DNA from: Planctomycetota bacterium
Lineage (GTDB): Bacteria; Planctomycetota; UBA8108; SXIK01
NCBI GenBank assembly: GCA_965223845.1
Contig: CBDCXR010000004.1
Location: forward strand, 4,992,001-5,056,000
Direction of reading: 5' to 3'
DNA: 64,000 nucleotides
Below the pieces are notes generated by a model. It worked only from the letters and a program-made list of their open reading frames with translations, had not been told where the DNA came from and did not search any database. The translations under genes and the position numbers were made by a program. The first letter of the stretch is position 1; every line of letters starts with the position of its first letter. Positions 26,570 to 36,698 of the stretch are shown here, one piece after another.

Positions 26570-27934
26570 ATGAGCCGACCTCCATCGGAAGACCGCTCCG
26601 AAGGCGATCTCAATCTCGGCGCGCCGCGCGAACGCTGGGTCCGCGAGCAGCTCGATGACGAAACTCGCGCTCTCCTCGCCGACGACGAGCAGTACTATCT
26701 TCGTCAGGCGCTCTCGACGCCGTGCCTCGACGTCCTCACCGGCGCCGCGGGCGCACGTCTCACGACGCACAGCGGACGCGAGCTCCTCGACTTTCACGGA
26801 AACAGCGTCCACCAAGTCGGGTACGGACATCCGCGGGTCGTCGAGGCGATCAAGCGCCAGCTGGACACGCTCCCCTTTTGTCCTCGACGCTACACGAACG
26901 AGCCGGCGATCGAGCTCGCCCAGAAGCTCGCCGAACTCGCACCGGCGGACCTCGACAAGGTCCTTCTCGCTCCGGGGGGCACGAGCGCGATCGGAATCGC
27001 CCTCAAGCTCGCCCGCGTGGCGACCGGACGGTTCAAGACGATCTCGATGTGGGACTCATTCCACGGTGCTTCCCTCGACGCGATTTCGATCGGCGGCGAA
27101 GCGATGTTTCGCCGCGGTATCGGTCCGCTCCTCCCCGGCGCGGAGCACGTACCCCCGCCGGAACCCGCGGGATGTCCCTGGCGCTGTGGTGCAGCGTGCT
27201 CGCTCGAATGCGCTGATTACATCGAGTACGTCCTCGAGAAGGAAGGTGACGTCGCCGCGGTCGTCGCCGAGACGATCCGCAGCACCCCGTCGGTCCCGCC
27301 GGCGGACTACTGGAAGCGCATCCGCGCTGCGTGCGATCGTCACGGCGCGCTTCTCATCCTCGATGAGATTCCACACGCGCTCGGGCGAACGGGCAAAATG
27401 TTCACCTGCGAGCACTTCGGGATCGCGCCGGACATGCTCGTCGTCGGAAAGGGGCTCGGTGGCGGCGTGTTTCCTCTCGCCGCCCTGATCGCGCGGCGGA
27501 GCCTCGACCTAGCCCCCGCTGCGGCCCTCGGACACTACACGCACGAAAAAAACCCGGTCGCCTGCGCCGCCGCGCTCGCGACGATCGCGTGCATCGAGGA
27601 AGAAGGACTCCTCGAGCGCTCGCGCGCGCTCGGAGCGAAGGCGCTCGAACGACTCCGGGCGATGCAGAAGCGCCACCCCCTCATCGGTGAGGTGAGGGGT
27701 CTCGGGCTCTTCCTCGGCGTCGTGCTCGTTCGCGATGGCGATCCGAAGAAGCCGGCGATCGACGAGGCCGAAGCCGTACTCTACCACGCACTCACGCGCG
27801 GGCTCAGCTTCAAGGTGACGATGGGAAACGTACTCGCACTCAGCCCACCGCTCACGATTTCGGAGGACGAGCTCACGCGGGCGTTTGATATTCTGGAACG
27901 CTCGATCGAGCTCGCGAACGAGCCCGAACGGTGA
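26570..27934 (+). CDS. pbfA: Class III PLP enzyme, most like (R)-1-hydroxy-2-aminoethylphosphonate ammonia-lyase
   Basis: Class III motifs SFHG, DEIP..LGRTG, GKGLGGG. The N-terminus RSEGDLN...LRQALSTPCL, plus DFHGNSVHQVGYGH and GHYTHEKNP, match PbfA as I recall it. Confidence 0.75.
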   Translation: MSRPPSEDRSEGDLNLGAPRERWVREQLDDETRALLADDEQYYLRQALSTPCLDVLTGAAGARLTTHSGRELLDFHGNSVHQVGYGHPRVVEAIKRQLDTLPFCPRRYTNEPAIELAQKLAELAPADLDKVLLAPGGTSAIGIALKLARVATGRFKTISMWDSFHGASLDAISIGGEAMFRRGIGPLLPGAEHVPPPEPAGCPWRCGAACSLECADYIEYVLEKEGDVAAVVAETIRSTPSVPPADYWKRIRAACDRHGALLILDEIPHALGRTGKMFTCEHFGIAPDMLVVGKGLGGGVFPLAALIARRSLDLAPAAALGHYTHEKNPVACAAALATIACIEEEGLLERSRALGAKALERLRAMQKRHPLIGEVRGLGLFLGVVLVRDGDPKKPAIDEAEAVLYHALTRGLSFKVTMGNVLALSPPLTISEDELTRAFDILERSIELANEPER

Positions 27935-27954
27935 GCCGAGATGAGGAGGGACAG

Positions 27955-29991
27955 ATGTCGAACGGGGCTGGTGAATTGGGGAAGGGTTCAGCACAAGATG
28001 CGGTCGATCCATCCGCACGGCCGCAGTCGGACGAGTCTTCGGTCGCCGCGCAGGCGACGCGCCGCTTGAGCACATTTTGGCGTCGAGGCGCGACGATTCT
28101 CGACCAGGCCACAAAGTGGGCCATTTTGTTCGCGGTAGCGAATTGGGTGCACTGGCACTTCTTCGTACGCGACGGCGAACAGCGAGCTCAGAGCGTTCGC
28201 GAGTCCTGGGTCGCGATCTACCAGTCCAAAGGACAGGGCGGCGATGGCGGCCGGAGGGAAGCGCTCGAGACTCTCCATCGGTTCGGCGAGAACTTGTCGC
28301 ACGTCGACATTTCGTCCGCGTATCTGGCCGGCGCCGAGCTCGACGGCGTTGTGCTCGCGAACGCGAACATAGAGAGCGCCTCGTTTTCCGGGGCGAAGCT
28401 GTTCGGCGCCGACCTCTCCGGGGCCGTGCTTCGGTCAGCGAAACTCGACGGCGCAGATCTCCGGCGGGCGACACTCGAAGGCAGCGACCTCTCGAACGCG
28501 ACTCTGAGCGGCACATCGCTCGAAGGGGCGAACTTAAAAGGCGCGAATCTCAAGGGCGCGAATCTCGAAGGCACGTCCCTCCCGGGAACGGTGCTCACCG
28601 GCGCGAATCTCGAAGGCGCGAACGTCGCCGGTGCCGCACTGGAGGAGGCCGTAGGCCTGACTCTCGCGCAGGTGTTCTCTGCTCGACCGGACGCCGAAAC
28701 CGGATTCCCTTCCGCGATCGCCGCCGAGCTGAAGAGGCGGAACATCACCGCGTGGACGAACGGTGGAACCCTCACCCGTGCCGGTTTGGAAGGGCTCGAC
28801 CTATCCGCAGCGGCCGAGCTCTCGTTCGAACGGATCTTCGCCGCGAGACGATGGGACGAGAAGACGATCTTTCCACCCGCGATTCGTGCTGAGCTCGAGA
28901 AACGGCGGATCAAATCGTGGGGAAACTCGCGAGATATCCGCGGAGCGGATCTGAGCGGTCTCGATCTCCGAGGAGCGATGCTTCGAGACTCGGACCTCGA
29001 GGGAGCCGACTTGACCCGAGCGACTCTCCGAGACGCGAATCTGTGGGGGACGAATCTAAGGGAAGCGGCGCTGACGGGTGCCGATCTACACGGTGCGGAG
29101 CTCGAAGGCACGTTCTTGGAAAAAGCGACGGGACTGAAACTCTACCAGCTACTCACGGCGAAATGGCGGCACCCGCCCCAGCTTCCGCGCGAGCTGCAAG
29201 CGGAGATCGAACGCCGGCGCATCCGTACGTGGGGATTCGAAGACTACACCGACGTGGACCTGAGTGGGCTGAAGCTGCACGGACGGTCGTTCGAAAACAC
29301 CAAGCTGGAATCAGCAAATCTCGACGGGACCGACCTCCGAGACGCGAATCTCGCTCGAGCGAACCTCGCGAAGGCGTCGCTGCTGAAAACCGATCTCGAC
29401 GGAACGGATCTTTCGGGCGCCGTTCTTTCGGACGCCAACGGGCTGGAATTCGAGCAGATCCTTCGAGCCCGGTGGGACGAGTCGACGCAGTTCCCCGCTC
29501 CCCTCGCTGCGGAGCTCCAGCGGCGAAAGATCCGAACCTGGGCACCGGGCGCAAGCCTCGTCGACGCGAACCTGAGTGGGCTGACGATTCGCGGGCGAAA
29601 CGCCTTCGAGCGAGTCGAGCGGTTTCGGGGATCTGACCTCACTCGGGTCGACTTCAGTGGATCCACGCTGCGCGGTGTCGACTTCTCGCAGTCGAATCTC
29701 TCCGGCGCGAACTTTCGCGACGCCGTGCTCGAAGACTCCGTGTTCGTCGAAGCGGACGTGACCGCAGCCGACTTTGCGGGCGCGGATCTCCAGGGAGCGA
29801 TCTTCTGCCCGATCGCTCCCGGTAGCGGAAGACGGCATCGAATCGTCGATCCCGCGTGGGAAGGCCGCGCGGCGAAAGGGCTGACGGTCGAGCAGATTCG
29901 TTCCACGAAGAACTACGACTATTCGACCGTGTTCCCGCCGCCGATCACGGAGGCGCTGCGAGCCGCCAAGTCACCGGACCGAGGTCGATAG
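27955..29991 (+). CDS. Pentapeptide-repeat protein with N-terminal TM and interspersed ~35-aa modules
   Basis: Many A(D/N)LxG/A pentapeptides; GAGGAGG RBS before ATG 27955; TM WAILFAVANWVHWHFF. Confidence 0.88.
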   Translation: MSNGAGELGKGSAQDAVDPSARPQSDESSVAAQATRRLSTFWRRGATILDQATKWAILFAVANWVHWHFFVRDGEQRAQSVRESWVAIYQSKGQGGDGGRREALETLHRFGENLSHVDISSAYLAGAELDGVVLANANIESASFSGAKLFGADLSGAVLRSAKLDGADLRRATLEGSDLSNATLSGTSLEGANLKGANLKGANLEGTSLPGTVLTGANLEGANVAGAALEEAVGLTLAQVFSARPDAETGFPSAIAAELKRRNITAWTNGGTLTRAGLEGLDLSAAAELSFERIFAARRWDEKTIFPPAIRAELEKRRIKSWGNSRDIRGADLSGLDLRGAMLRDSDLEGADLTRATLRDANLWGTNLREAALTGADLHGAELEGTFLEKATGLKLYQLLTAKWRHPPQLPRELQAEIERRRIRTWGFEDYTDVDLSGLKLHGRSFENTKLESANLDGTDLRDANLARANLAKASLLKTDLDGTDLSGAVLSDANGLEFEQILRARWDESTQFPAPLAAELQRRKIRTWAPGASLVDANLSGLTIRGRNAFERVERFRGSDLTRVDFSGSTLRGVDFSQSNLSGANFRDAVLEDSVFVEADVTAADFAGADLQGAIFCPIAPGSGRRHRIVDPAWEGRAAKGLTVEQIRSTKNYDYSTVFPPPITEALRAAKSPDRGR

Positions 29992-32900
29992 TCATCGCGG
30001 AGAAAGAACGCCCGACGTTTCCCGGGTGACGCCGCGAAGGACGAAGTCCACCTCCTGCGATTCCGCTCCCTCGCAGTCGAACTCGAGCGCGAGGTCATCT
30101 CGTCCCGACGGAAAAACACGATAGCGTCCCGGGAGAAACCCCGAGCGACGCCAGCTTCCGTCACGCTGGATCGCCGCATAGGCGGCCGGCGGCGGTGAAC
30201 CATCGCTCGCGAGCGGGTGGATCTCGACGGTCCCGCCGCGAACGGGTTGCTCCTTGTCGTCGTAGACCACGCCGGAAAACCTCGTCCCGGCATCGATCGT
30301 CACCCGGCCGACGTCGACTCCCCGAAGCGTCACATCGATCTTCTTCGAGTCATAGGTCAGGTACTCGTCGTGTCGAACTCGAAAGAACACCGTTCCCGCC
30401 GGCACTCCCACGAGTCGAAAGGCTCCGGACTCGTCGGACGTTGCACTGCCTTGTCGCGAGTGCTGCCGGCGAATCAGCCGGCGCGTTCGATCGATCCCCG
30501 TCGTCATCATCATCGTCGTCGGTGCGTGCTCCTCCGCTCCCACCTCATCCTCCGAGATCAGATAGATGCTCGCTCCGGCCACGGGACGTCCATCCGTTCC
30601 AACGAGCGTTCCCGCGACAAACGCACCGCGCTCGAGATCGATCTCGAAGTGTGACTCCACGTCGTCACCGAGGTTCACTTCGAGCGTGGAGATCGCGTAC
30701 CCGGGCGCGTAGACACGCAGCCGGTATTCCTTCGGATCCCGGTCGAGGAGCGCGAAGTGCCCTTCCGGATCCGAGAATCGGGTTCCGCTCCGGTACGCGC
30801 GGCGACTGTGGACCCGGTCGAGATGGACGGAGAACTCTCGAATCGGTTCTCCCGTTTCGGCGTCGCGAACGACCCCGGAGAGCGACGCCTTTCTGGTCAC
30901 CCGGAGCTCCACCCGTTCCCCCGCGCGCGCTTTCACCGCCGGCGACGAGCTTCCGCGAGCGATCGCGTTTAGCTTGTATTCGGCATCGCCGGCGCCGTGA
31001 AACGTGAAGGTTCCGTCCGAGTCCGAGATCACCCACGCCTCGTCGCCGTAACGGATGCGCGCTTCGACCCGCGCGAGACCGATCGGCGCTCCTCGAGCGT
31101 CGACGACGCGCCCGGTGATGGCGCCACTCTCGACGACGATCGAAACATCGTCGACATCGCCCGCGACCTCGAGCTCTCGAGCTTGCTCGAGAATCCGCTC
31201 GCCCGTGACAACGACCCGATACCGCCCCTCCCTCCGCCCGCGAAACGAAAACTCGCCCGCGTCATCGGTCCGCGTGTGCTGGGCTGAACCCGTACGCTCA
31301 CCGAAGTATCGCTGGAGACCCACCCGCGCCCCGACGAGCGGCGCTCCCGTGCTGTCGGTCACGCTTCCCGCAATGACGAATCCCCGAGCGAGCTCGATGC
31401 TGCCGAGGTCGAGCACTCCCGAAGTCAAGGTGACCGAGCTCGACTGAGGTCTCAGGTAGCCGTCCTTCCGCGCGCGAAACGAGTACTCCGCACCGACTGC
31501 GCCGAGGAGCTCGAACTTCCCCTCCGGGTCGGTCTTCGCTCGCACATCCCCCGGATTGCCTCGAGTCGGCGAAATCGACACGTTCGCATCCGCGATCGCC
31601 TCGCCATCGCTATCGACGATGCGACCGCGTACGAGTCCGGACTCGGCGAGCACGGCATCGACACGAAACGGATCGCGACTCGCCTCGTCGATCTCGAAGG
31701 TATCGCTCTCGTAGCGAGGGAATCCGTCCGCCTCGACCGAAACGAGTGCCGGTCCGCCGGCGAGACGCAGGATCTCCCATCGCCCGTCGGAGTCGGTCAC
31801 GGCCACGAGGTTCGATCGCATTCTCTTGTCCCAAAAGCGCTCGCGCTCGTAGTGGACTTTGACGCGAGCCCCGTCAACGGGTTCGCCGCCTGCGGTCGTC
31901 ACCCTCCCGGCGACACCGCCCCCCTGAGCCAGCCGAATGATGAGCCCGCGGCTCCCGGCTGCGATCGAGTTGAGCTCCGCTGGAGCCCACGCCGGGTGAC
32001 GCGCGACGATCCGGCGATTTCCCGACGGCAGCCGCGTCAGCTCGAATCGGCCGTCCGCGCCGGTTCGCTCCGCGAGGCGATCCCAAGCCCAACCGTCGTT
32101 CGTCGAGCGGAGTGCGAGCATGGAGGGAAGCCCGTTGCCGCTCAGCGCGGTCGTGCTCCGCACGTCCGCCCCTTCGACCGGCTGGCCGTACGGGTCGACG
32201 ACGACCCCGGAGAGACCGAGGCCGCGCTGAAGCGCGAGCTCGACTTCGGTCACCTCGCCTTCGGCGATGACGAGATCGCGAACCTCGTTGGGAATCCGTT
32301 CCGGTCCGATCGCGCGGACGACGTATGCGCCGACCGGAACGGCCGCGAACTCGAACGCGCCGTCGGCCGCGGATTCGGTCTCGCTCTCGACTTCCGCGTC
32401 GAATCTCATGAAGTCGGAGTCCGTGACCCGAGCCGCGGTCACGCGTATCGCGGGAAGCGGGTTTCCGGCGAGGTCGACGACCACTCCGCGGAGAGTCCCC
32501 GTCTCGGTCGGCTCGGGCGGCTCGAGCGTCACCGCCTCGCTCACCTCAGCCGGTCCCGTCGCACGGTCGATCGTCTCGACCGGAGCGGTCGAGACGACGG
32601 GGTCGTCGATCGGCGGCGAGATCCGCGTCGGATCCGGCCCATCCGTCCGATCGTAGGCCCACCACGCCACCACCCCAAGTAGAAGCACCGCCATCCCGGC
32701 TGCGGTCGTGTTTTTCGCGGTCAACGCTACACCTCCGAGCATCCATCCGGCCATCGCCGTCGACTCGGGCGCGGATGCGAACGTGCTCGCGGTCTCGCCA
32801 GCACTCCTCGACGTCGCGCCTTCGCTCCCGCCCATCGCCCAGCCCGAACCCGAGCCACCCGGAACGAGTACGGACGCCCACATCGAGCGCCCCCCGCACT

Positions 32901-33405
32901 CGCGGTCGAGCCGATTGCGAAGGATCGCGATCCCTCGCCGTAAACGCGTATGGACGGTATCGATGGGAACGCCTTCCGCCTCGGCGATCGCGCGCGTGCT
33001 CATCGCTTCGAAGTAACGAAGGACGATGACGTCGCGGTACTTCGGGGGAAGCGCGAGGACGAACTCGACGAGCTGGAGCTGTAGCTCGGCACGCTCGAGC
33101 GCGAGCCCGCACTCAGCCGAGACCCGTTCCGCGCGGGCGGCGCGCTCTTCGCGACGACGACGCCGGTGCTCTTCGCGTCTGCGCTCGCGGGCCCGATTGC
33201 GGAGAACGCCGCGGAGCCAGCCGAGAGAGCGTTCGGCGCCGTCATGCGATCGACTCGCCGCGACGAGCCACGTCTCCTGGACGATGTCGTCCGCCGATGT
33301 TTCGTCACCGACGAGCGCCCGAGCGAGGCGCCGGAGACGCGGCGCATGGGAGAGGAGAAGCTCGCTGGCGGAGGGTCGATCGGCTGGCGTCAGAGAGGTG
33401 TCCAT
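29992..33405 (-). CDS. ECF sigma-70 factor fused via a TM helix to multiple carboxypeptidase-regulatory-like domains
   Basis: Region 2: LRRLARALVGD..ADDIVQETW...GWLRGVLRN. Region 4: LPPKYRDVIVLRYFEAMS..IA...GVP..TV.TRLRRG. TM AVLLLGVVAWWAY, then many G.V.D..G.P..GA.V repeats. Confidence 0.9.
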   Translation of the reverse strand: MDTSLTPADRPSASELLLSHAPRLRRLARALVGDETSADDIVQETWLVAASRSHDGAERSLGWLRGVLRNRARERRREEHRRRRREERAARAERVSAECGLALERAELQLQLVEFVLALPPKYRDVIVLRYFEAMSTRAIAEAEGVPIDTVHTRLRRGIAILRNRLDRECGGRSMWASVLVPGGSGSGWAMGGSEGATSRSAGETASTFASAPESTAMAGWMLGGVALTAKNTTAAGMAVLLLGVVAWWAYDRTDGPDPTRISPPIDDPVVSTAPVETIDRATGPAEVSEAVTLEPPEPTETGTLRGVVVDLAGNPLPAIRVTAARVTDSDFMRFDAEVESETESAADGAFEFAAVPVGAYVVRAIGPERIPNEVRDLVIAEGEVTEVELALQRGLGLSGVVVDPYGQPVEGADVRSTTALSGNGLPSMLALRSTNDGWAWDRLAERTGADGRFELTRLPSGNRRIVARHPAWAPAELNSIAAGSRGLIIRLAQGGGVAGRVTTAGGEPVDGARVKVHYERERFWDKRMRSNLVAVTDSDGRWEILRLAGGPALVSVEADGFPRYESDTFEIDEASRDPFRVDAVLAESGLVRGRIVDSDGEAIADANVSISPTRGNPGDVRAKTDPEGKFELLGAVGAEYSFRARKDGYLRPQSSSVTLTSGVLDLGSIELARGFVIAGSVTDSTGAPLVGARVGLQRYFGERTGSAQHTRTDDAGEFSFRGRREGRYRVVVTGERILEQARELEVAGDVDDVSIVVESGAITGRVVDARGAPIGLARVEARIRYGDEAWVISDSDGTFTFHGAGDAEYKLNAIARGSSSPAVKARAGERVELRVTRKASLSGVVRDAETGEPIREFSVHLDRVHSRRAYRSGTRFSDPEGHFALLDRDPKEYRLRVYAPGYAISTLEVNLGDDVESHFEIDLERGAFVAGTLVGTDGRPVAGASIYLISEDEVGAEEHAPTTMMMTTGIDRTRRLIRRQHSRQGSATSDESGAFRLVGVPAGTVFFRVRHDEYLTYDSKKIDVTLRGVDVGRVTIDAGTRFSGVVYDDKEQPVRGGTVEIHPLASDGSPPPAAYAAIQRDGSWRRSGFLPGRYRVFPSGRDDLALEFDCEGAESQEVDFVLRGVTRETSGVLSPR

Positions 33406-33674
33406 ACATCGGATGATGGCCACCGCCGGCGAGTTCCGTTCACGGAATTCGGCGCGACGCCCCGCGAATCTCTTCCGCGAGGGCCGTGAGTTCCGAGAAC
33501 CGCCCCCGAGTTCCGCCAACTCGCGCCGATTCGTCGGCTTCGCTCGGGCGATGGTAGCCTCCTCAGGCAACTCTCGCGCGCTCGCGCGACGATCGAGTCG
33601 CCCCCCGCAGAACGGCCTCTCTTCCCTCCCTCCTCTGGCCGTTCGCCATCGCTACTCACAGGCGGTTTCGATCG

Positions 33675-34661
33675 ATGAACATCCGCACGTTTTCATCGTC
33701 GTGGGTCTCCTTCACGTTCCTATTCTCTGCATTCCTCGCAGCTCCTCATGCGACGGCAGCGGACCGGGTCGTCCTCAAGTCGGGAGAGGTTCTCGAGGGG
33801 AGAATCCTCACCGAAGAGAACGGCACGGTCTCGATTCAATCGGGCGACGGGATCGTCACCGTTCTGGCGAGCAACGTCCGGTCGATCGATCGGGACCGAG
33901 AGCCGTCCGTAACGCGGACGCCGAACCGCGCCCGCGAACGCGGCTCGACTGCCGCGCGTCTGGAACGCGGGCAACTGCGCCGCTCGCCGCCGCGAAGCCC
34001 CGGAGGCCCCGCGAGTGCACTACGCCTGAAGCTCGACCGCACGCTCGAGGAAATCGAAGCGAACGAACTCGGGACGTGGGTCGCCGGACCACGCGAAGGC
34101 GCGAGCGGTGCGTCTCTTCCGTACCGCGTCCTCAGAGACGACTCGGAGCTCTACGAATACGTCGAGCGGCTCCCTCGCACCTCCGAGGGCGTCCGCGAGG
34201 CGTGGACACGGCGCGCCGACCTCCCGGCGAATGCTCGCGCCGGTCTCGGCGTGCCGAGGAAGGCGACGTCGTACGTCTGGGTACGCATCCACTGGGACGA
34301 CCGCAGCGAGCGCTGGACGCTCAGCCACCCCAACGAGTCGCGCCTCCGCTGGGAGGATTCGCAGATCCGAACCGCCTTACGGCGCATCGCGAAGAAGAGC
34401 GACGCCGCCAAGGCCGCGCGCATCGAGCGGCTGGTCGGCTCCCTCCGCCGTGCGCGCTCGCTCCGCGAGGAGGCCGATCTCCACCGCGAGCTCCGCGTTC
34501 TCACGCGCGAGGTCAGCGAGCCGTGGAGCGACGGAGACCTGTACTACGACGTGATCCTCTCGTCGGAGAGAATTCGAGAAGTCGCGCGCGTAGAGCAGAA
34601 GGTGGAGATCGCCCGCGAACGCCGCGTGCTCTTTCGCGAGCTCGTCGCGGCAGTTCCGTAG
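33675..34661 (+). CDS. Secreted hypothetical protein
   Basis: Signal peptide followed by the small beta domain DRVVLKSGEVLEGRI...VRSI, frequent in planctomycete exported proteins. Confidence 0.75.
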   Translation: MNIRTFSSSWVSFTFLFSAFLAAPHATAADRVVLKSGEVLEGRILTEENGTVSIQSGDGIVTVLASNVRSIDRDREPSVTRTPNRARERGSTAARLERGQLRRSPPRSPGGPASALRLKLDRTLEEIEANELGTWVAGPREGASGASLPYRVLRDDSELYEYVERLPRTSEGVREAWTRRADLPANARAGLGVPRKATSYVWVRIHWDDRSERWTLSHPNESRLRWEDSQIRTALRRIAKKSDAAKAARIERLVGSLRRARSLREEADLHRELRVLTREVSEPWSDGDLYYDVILSSERIREVARVEQKVEIARERRVLFRELVAAVP

Positions 34662-34700
34662 AGGGACGATCGCCGAGCGACGCGGGCCGCGCGCGCGAGT

Positions 34701-35612
34701 TCAGTCTCCGCCGTAGAACTCGTCGATCTTCCGCCGCAGGAACTCGATCGACTCGCGCATCTCCCCCATCCCGTTCATGCCGTCTTCGATCGAGATCCAG
34801 TCGCTGAACTCGACGGAGCGGAGGACCCGAAAGATCGCATCGTAGTCGTTGAGTCCCTTCCCGGTGACACCGTGGCAGAGGAACTCGGGATAGCCGAGGG
34901 TGCCGTCCGCCTGGCGCATGTCTTCGAGCGTCGAGCCCGGCGCGAGAAAGCGGTCGGATGCGTGAACGCTCACGACGCGATCCTTCACCTTCTCGAGGAA
35001 CGCGATCGGATCCTCTCCGGCGACGACGGTGTTCGACGGATCGTACTGCACGCCGAAGAACGGTGATTCGATTTCGGCGATGATCTCGAGGAAGACGTCG
35101 CTCCGCTGGGCGAACTCGGGATACCGCCACGCGCCGTCCTTGAAGTGATTTTCCATCGCCAGCGTAACGCCGCAGCTCGCCGCGTGCTCGAGCGACTCTC
35201 GGATACCGTCGACCGTCCAGCCGATGCCGTCGGCGCGGGAAACCTCTGGACGACGCTGCCCCGAGAGAATGCGGCAAAACCGCGCGCCGAGGTCGACCGT
35301 GACATCGATCGCGCGCCGCTGCCGTTCGACCTCCTCCGCCCGGCGCGCTGCGTCCGGCTGCGTGAAGTCCGGCGAGTAGCAGACGAGCGAGCATTCGCGC
35401 CCGGAGTCTTCGATTCTTCGGCGAATCGAGCGCACGCCGTCGCGATCGTCGAGGGGAAGCCACGGGACATAGATCTCGAGACCTTCCGCCTCGAGCTCGA
35501 GCGACATGTCGAGCCACTCCTCGAGCCGCATCTTTCCCGATGCGAGATCGTCGAGATAGCACTTGGGAAAGGCCGAGACGCGCGGCCGACGAGTCGCCGA
35601 GGTATCCGTCAT
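34701..35612 (-). CDS. Sugar phosphate isomerase/epimerase (xylose-isomerase-like TIM barrel)
   Basis: Metal ligands LAMENH, YDPSN, VHASD, SIED. Confidence 0.9.
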   Translation of the reverse strand: MTDTSATRRPRVSAFPKCYLDDLASGKMRLEEWLDMSLELEAEGLEIYVPWLPLDDRDGVRSIRRRIEDSGRECSLVCYSPDFTQPDAARRAEEVERQRRAIDVTVDLGARFCRILSGQRRPEVSRADGIGWTVDGIRESLEHAASCGVTLAMENHFKDGAWRYPEFAQRSDVFLEIIAEIESPFFGVQYDPSNTVVAGEDPIAFLEKVKDRVVSVHASDRFLAPGSTLEDMRQADGTLGYPEFLCHGVTGKGLNDYDAIFRVLRSVEFSDWISIEDGMNGMGEMRESIEFLRRKIDEFYGGD

Positions 35613-35633
35613 GCGCGATCCGCCCTCATTCCC

Positions 35634-36680
35634 TCACGGTCGAAGCACAGCCTTGATCACGTCGCCCGAGTGCATCGCGTCGAACGCTTCACGCCACTCC
35701 GCGAGAGGAAGCTCACAGCCGACGATGCGGCCGACGGGAATCTTCCCGACGGCAAGAAGGTGGAGCACGCGCTCCCACATGTCGTACGTGTGGCTGAAGC
35801 TTCCCTGAAGCGTCACGTTCTTCTGCACGAGAGGATCGAGCGACGCTCCGTAAGGCTGGGCTCCCCAGCCGACCTTGCTCACGCGACCGTCCGCGCGGAC
35901 GAGATCGATCGCGGCGGCGAGCGACTTCGACGATCCGGAAGCGTCGACGACGAGATCTGCGCCTTGGCCGTCGCCGAGCGCGCGCACGACTCGCGCGAGA
36001 TCCTCTCGCTGGATGTCGACCGTGTGCGTCGCGCCGAAATCACGAGCCGCGTCGAAGCGCTCGGCGTCGCGGGTCAATCCAGCCACAACGAGGGGATCCG
36101 CGCCCGAGAGCGCCGCCATCCGGGCGCACAAAAGCCCGATCGGACCCGGCCCGAGAACGACGACGAGGTCGCCGGGCCGGACCGCGGCGTTCACGCAAAC
36201 GGCGTGGTAAGCGACGCAGCAGGGCTCGGCGAGCGCGGCGTGCTCGAACGGGAGCCCGTCCGGCATGCGGTGAAGACAGCGTTCGGGAACGCGGACGAAG
36301 CCGGTCATCGCCCCGTCGGTTCCGTATCCGAATCCTTTCCGCTCGGGGCACAAGTTGTAGCGACCCCGACGGCACTCGCGACACGAACCGCAGATCTCGG
36401 CTGCGGTCTCACTGACGACGCGCTCGCCGACCTCGAACTGAGTCACGCGCTCCCCGCAGGCAGCGACGGTCCCCGAGAACTCGTGACCGAGAATCACCGG
36501 AAGGCGCACGGGCCAGGAGTGCGTGTTGTGGGCCTGGTGCAGATCGGACCCGCAGACGCCGACCGCGCCGACTTCGACGAGGACATCGTCCGCGCCGATC
36601 TCGGGCCGCGGGACTTCGCGGATCTCGACCGCCATCTCGCGCAGCTCGTAGTGGACGACCGCCGGACTCGTCATCGCCAT
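35634..36680 (-). CDS. Zn-dependent (MDR) polyol/sugar alcohol dehydrogenase
   Basis: GVCGSDLH, GHEFSG, CGSCRECRRGRYNLC, GPGPIG. Confidence 0.93.
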   Translation of the reverse strand: MAMTSPAVVHYELREMAVEIREVPRPEIGADDVLVEVGAVGVCGSDLHQAHNTHSWPVRLPVILGHEFSGTVAACGERVTQFEVGERVVSETAAEICGSCRECRRGRYNLCPERKGFGYGTDGAMTGFVRVPERCLHRMPDGLPFEHAALAEPCCVAYHAVCVNAAVRPGDLVVVLGPGPIGLLCARMAALSGADPLVVAGLTRDAERFDAARDFGATHTVDIQREDLARVVRALGDGQGADLVVDASGSSKSLAAAIDLVRADGRVSKVGWGAQPYGASLDPLVQKNVTLQGSFSHTYDMWERVLHLLAVGKIPVGRIVGCELPLAEWREAFDAMHSGDVIKAVLRP

Positions 36681-36698
36681 CGCCGCGCCCCCTTTCGG

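Noticed and set aside
26393-26830. N-terminal 146 codons of the 1,500-aa ORF
   Set aside because: Overlaps the divergent pbfA-like gene; a better start with RBS and TM lies at 26392
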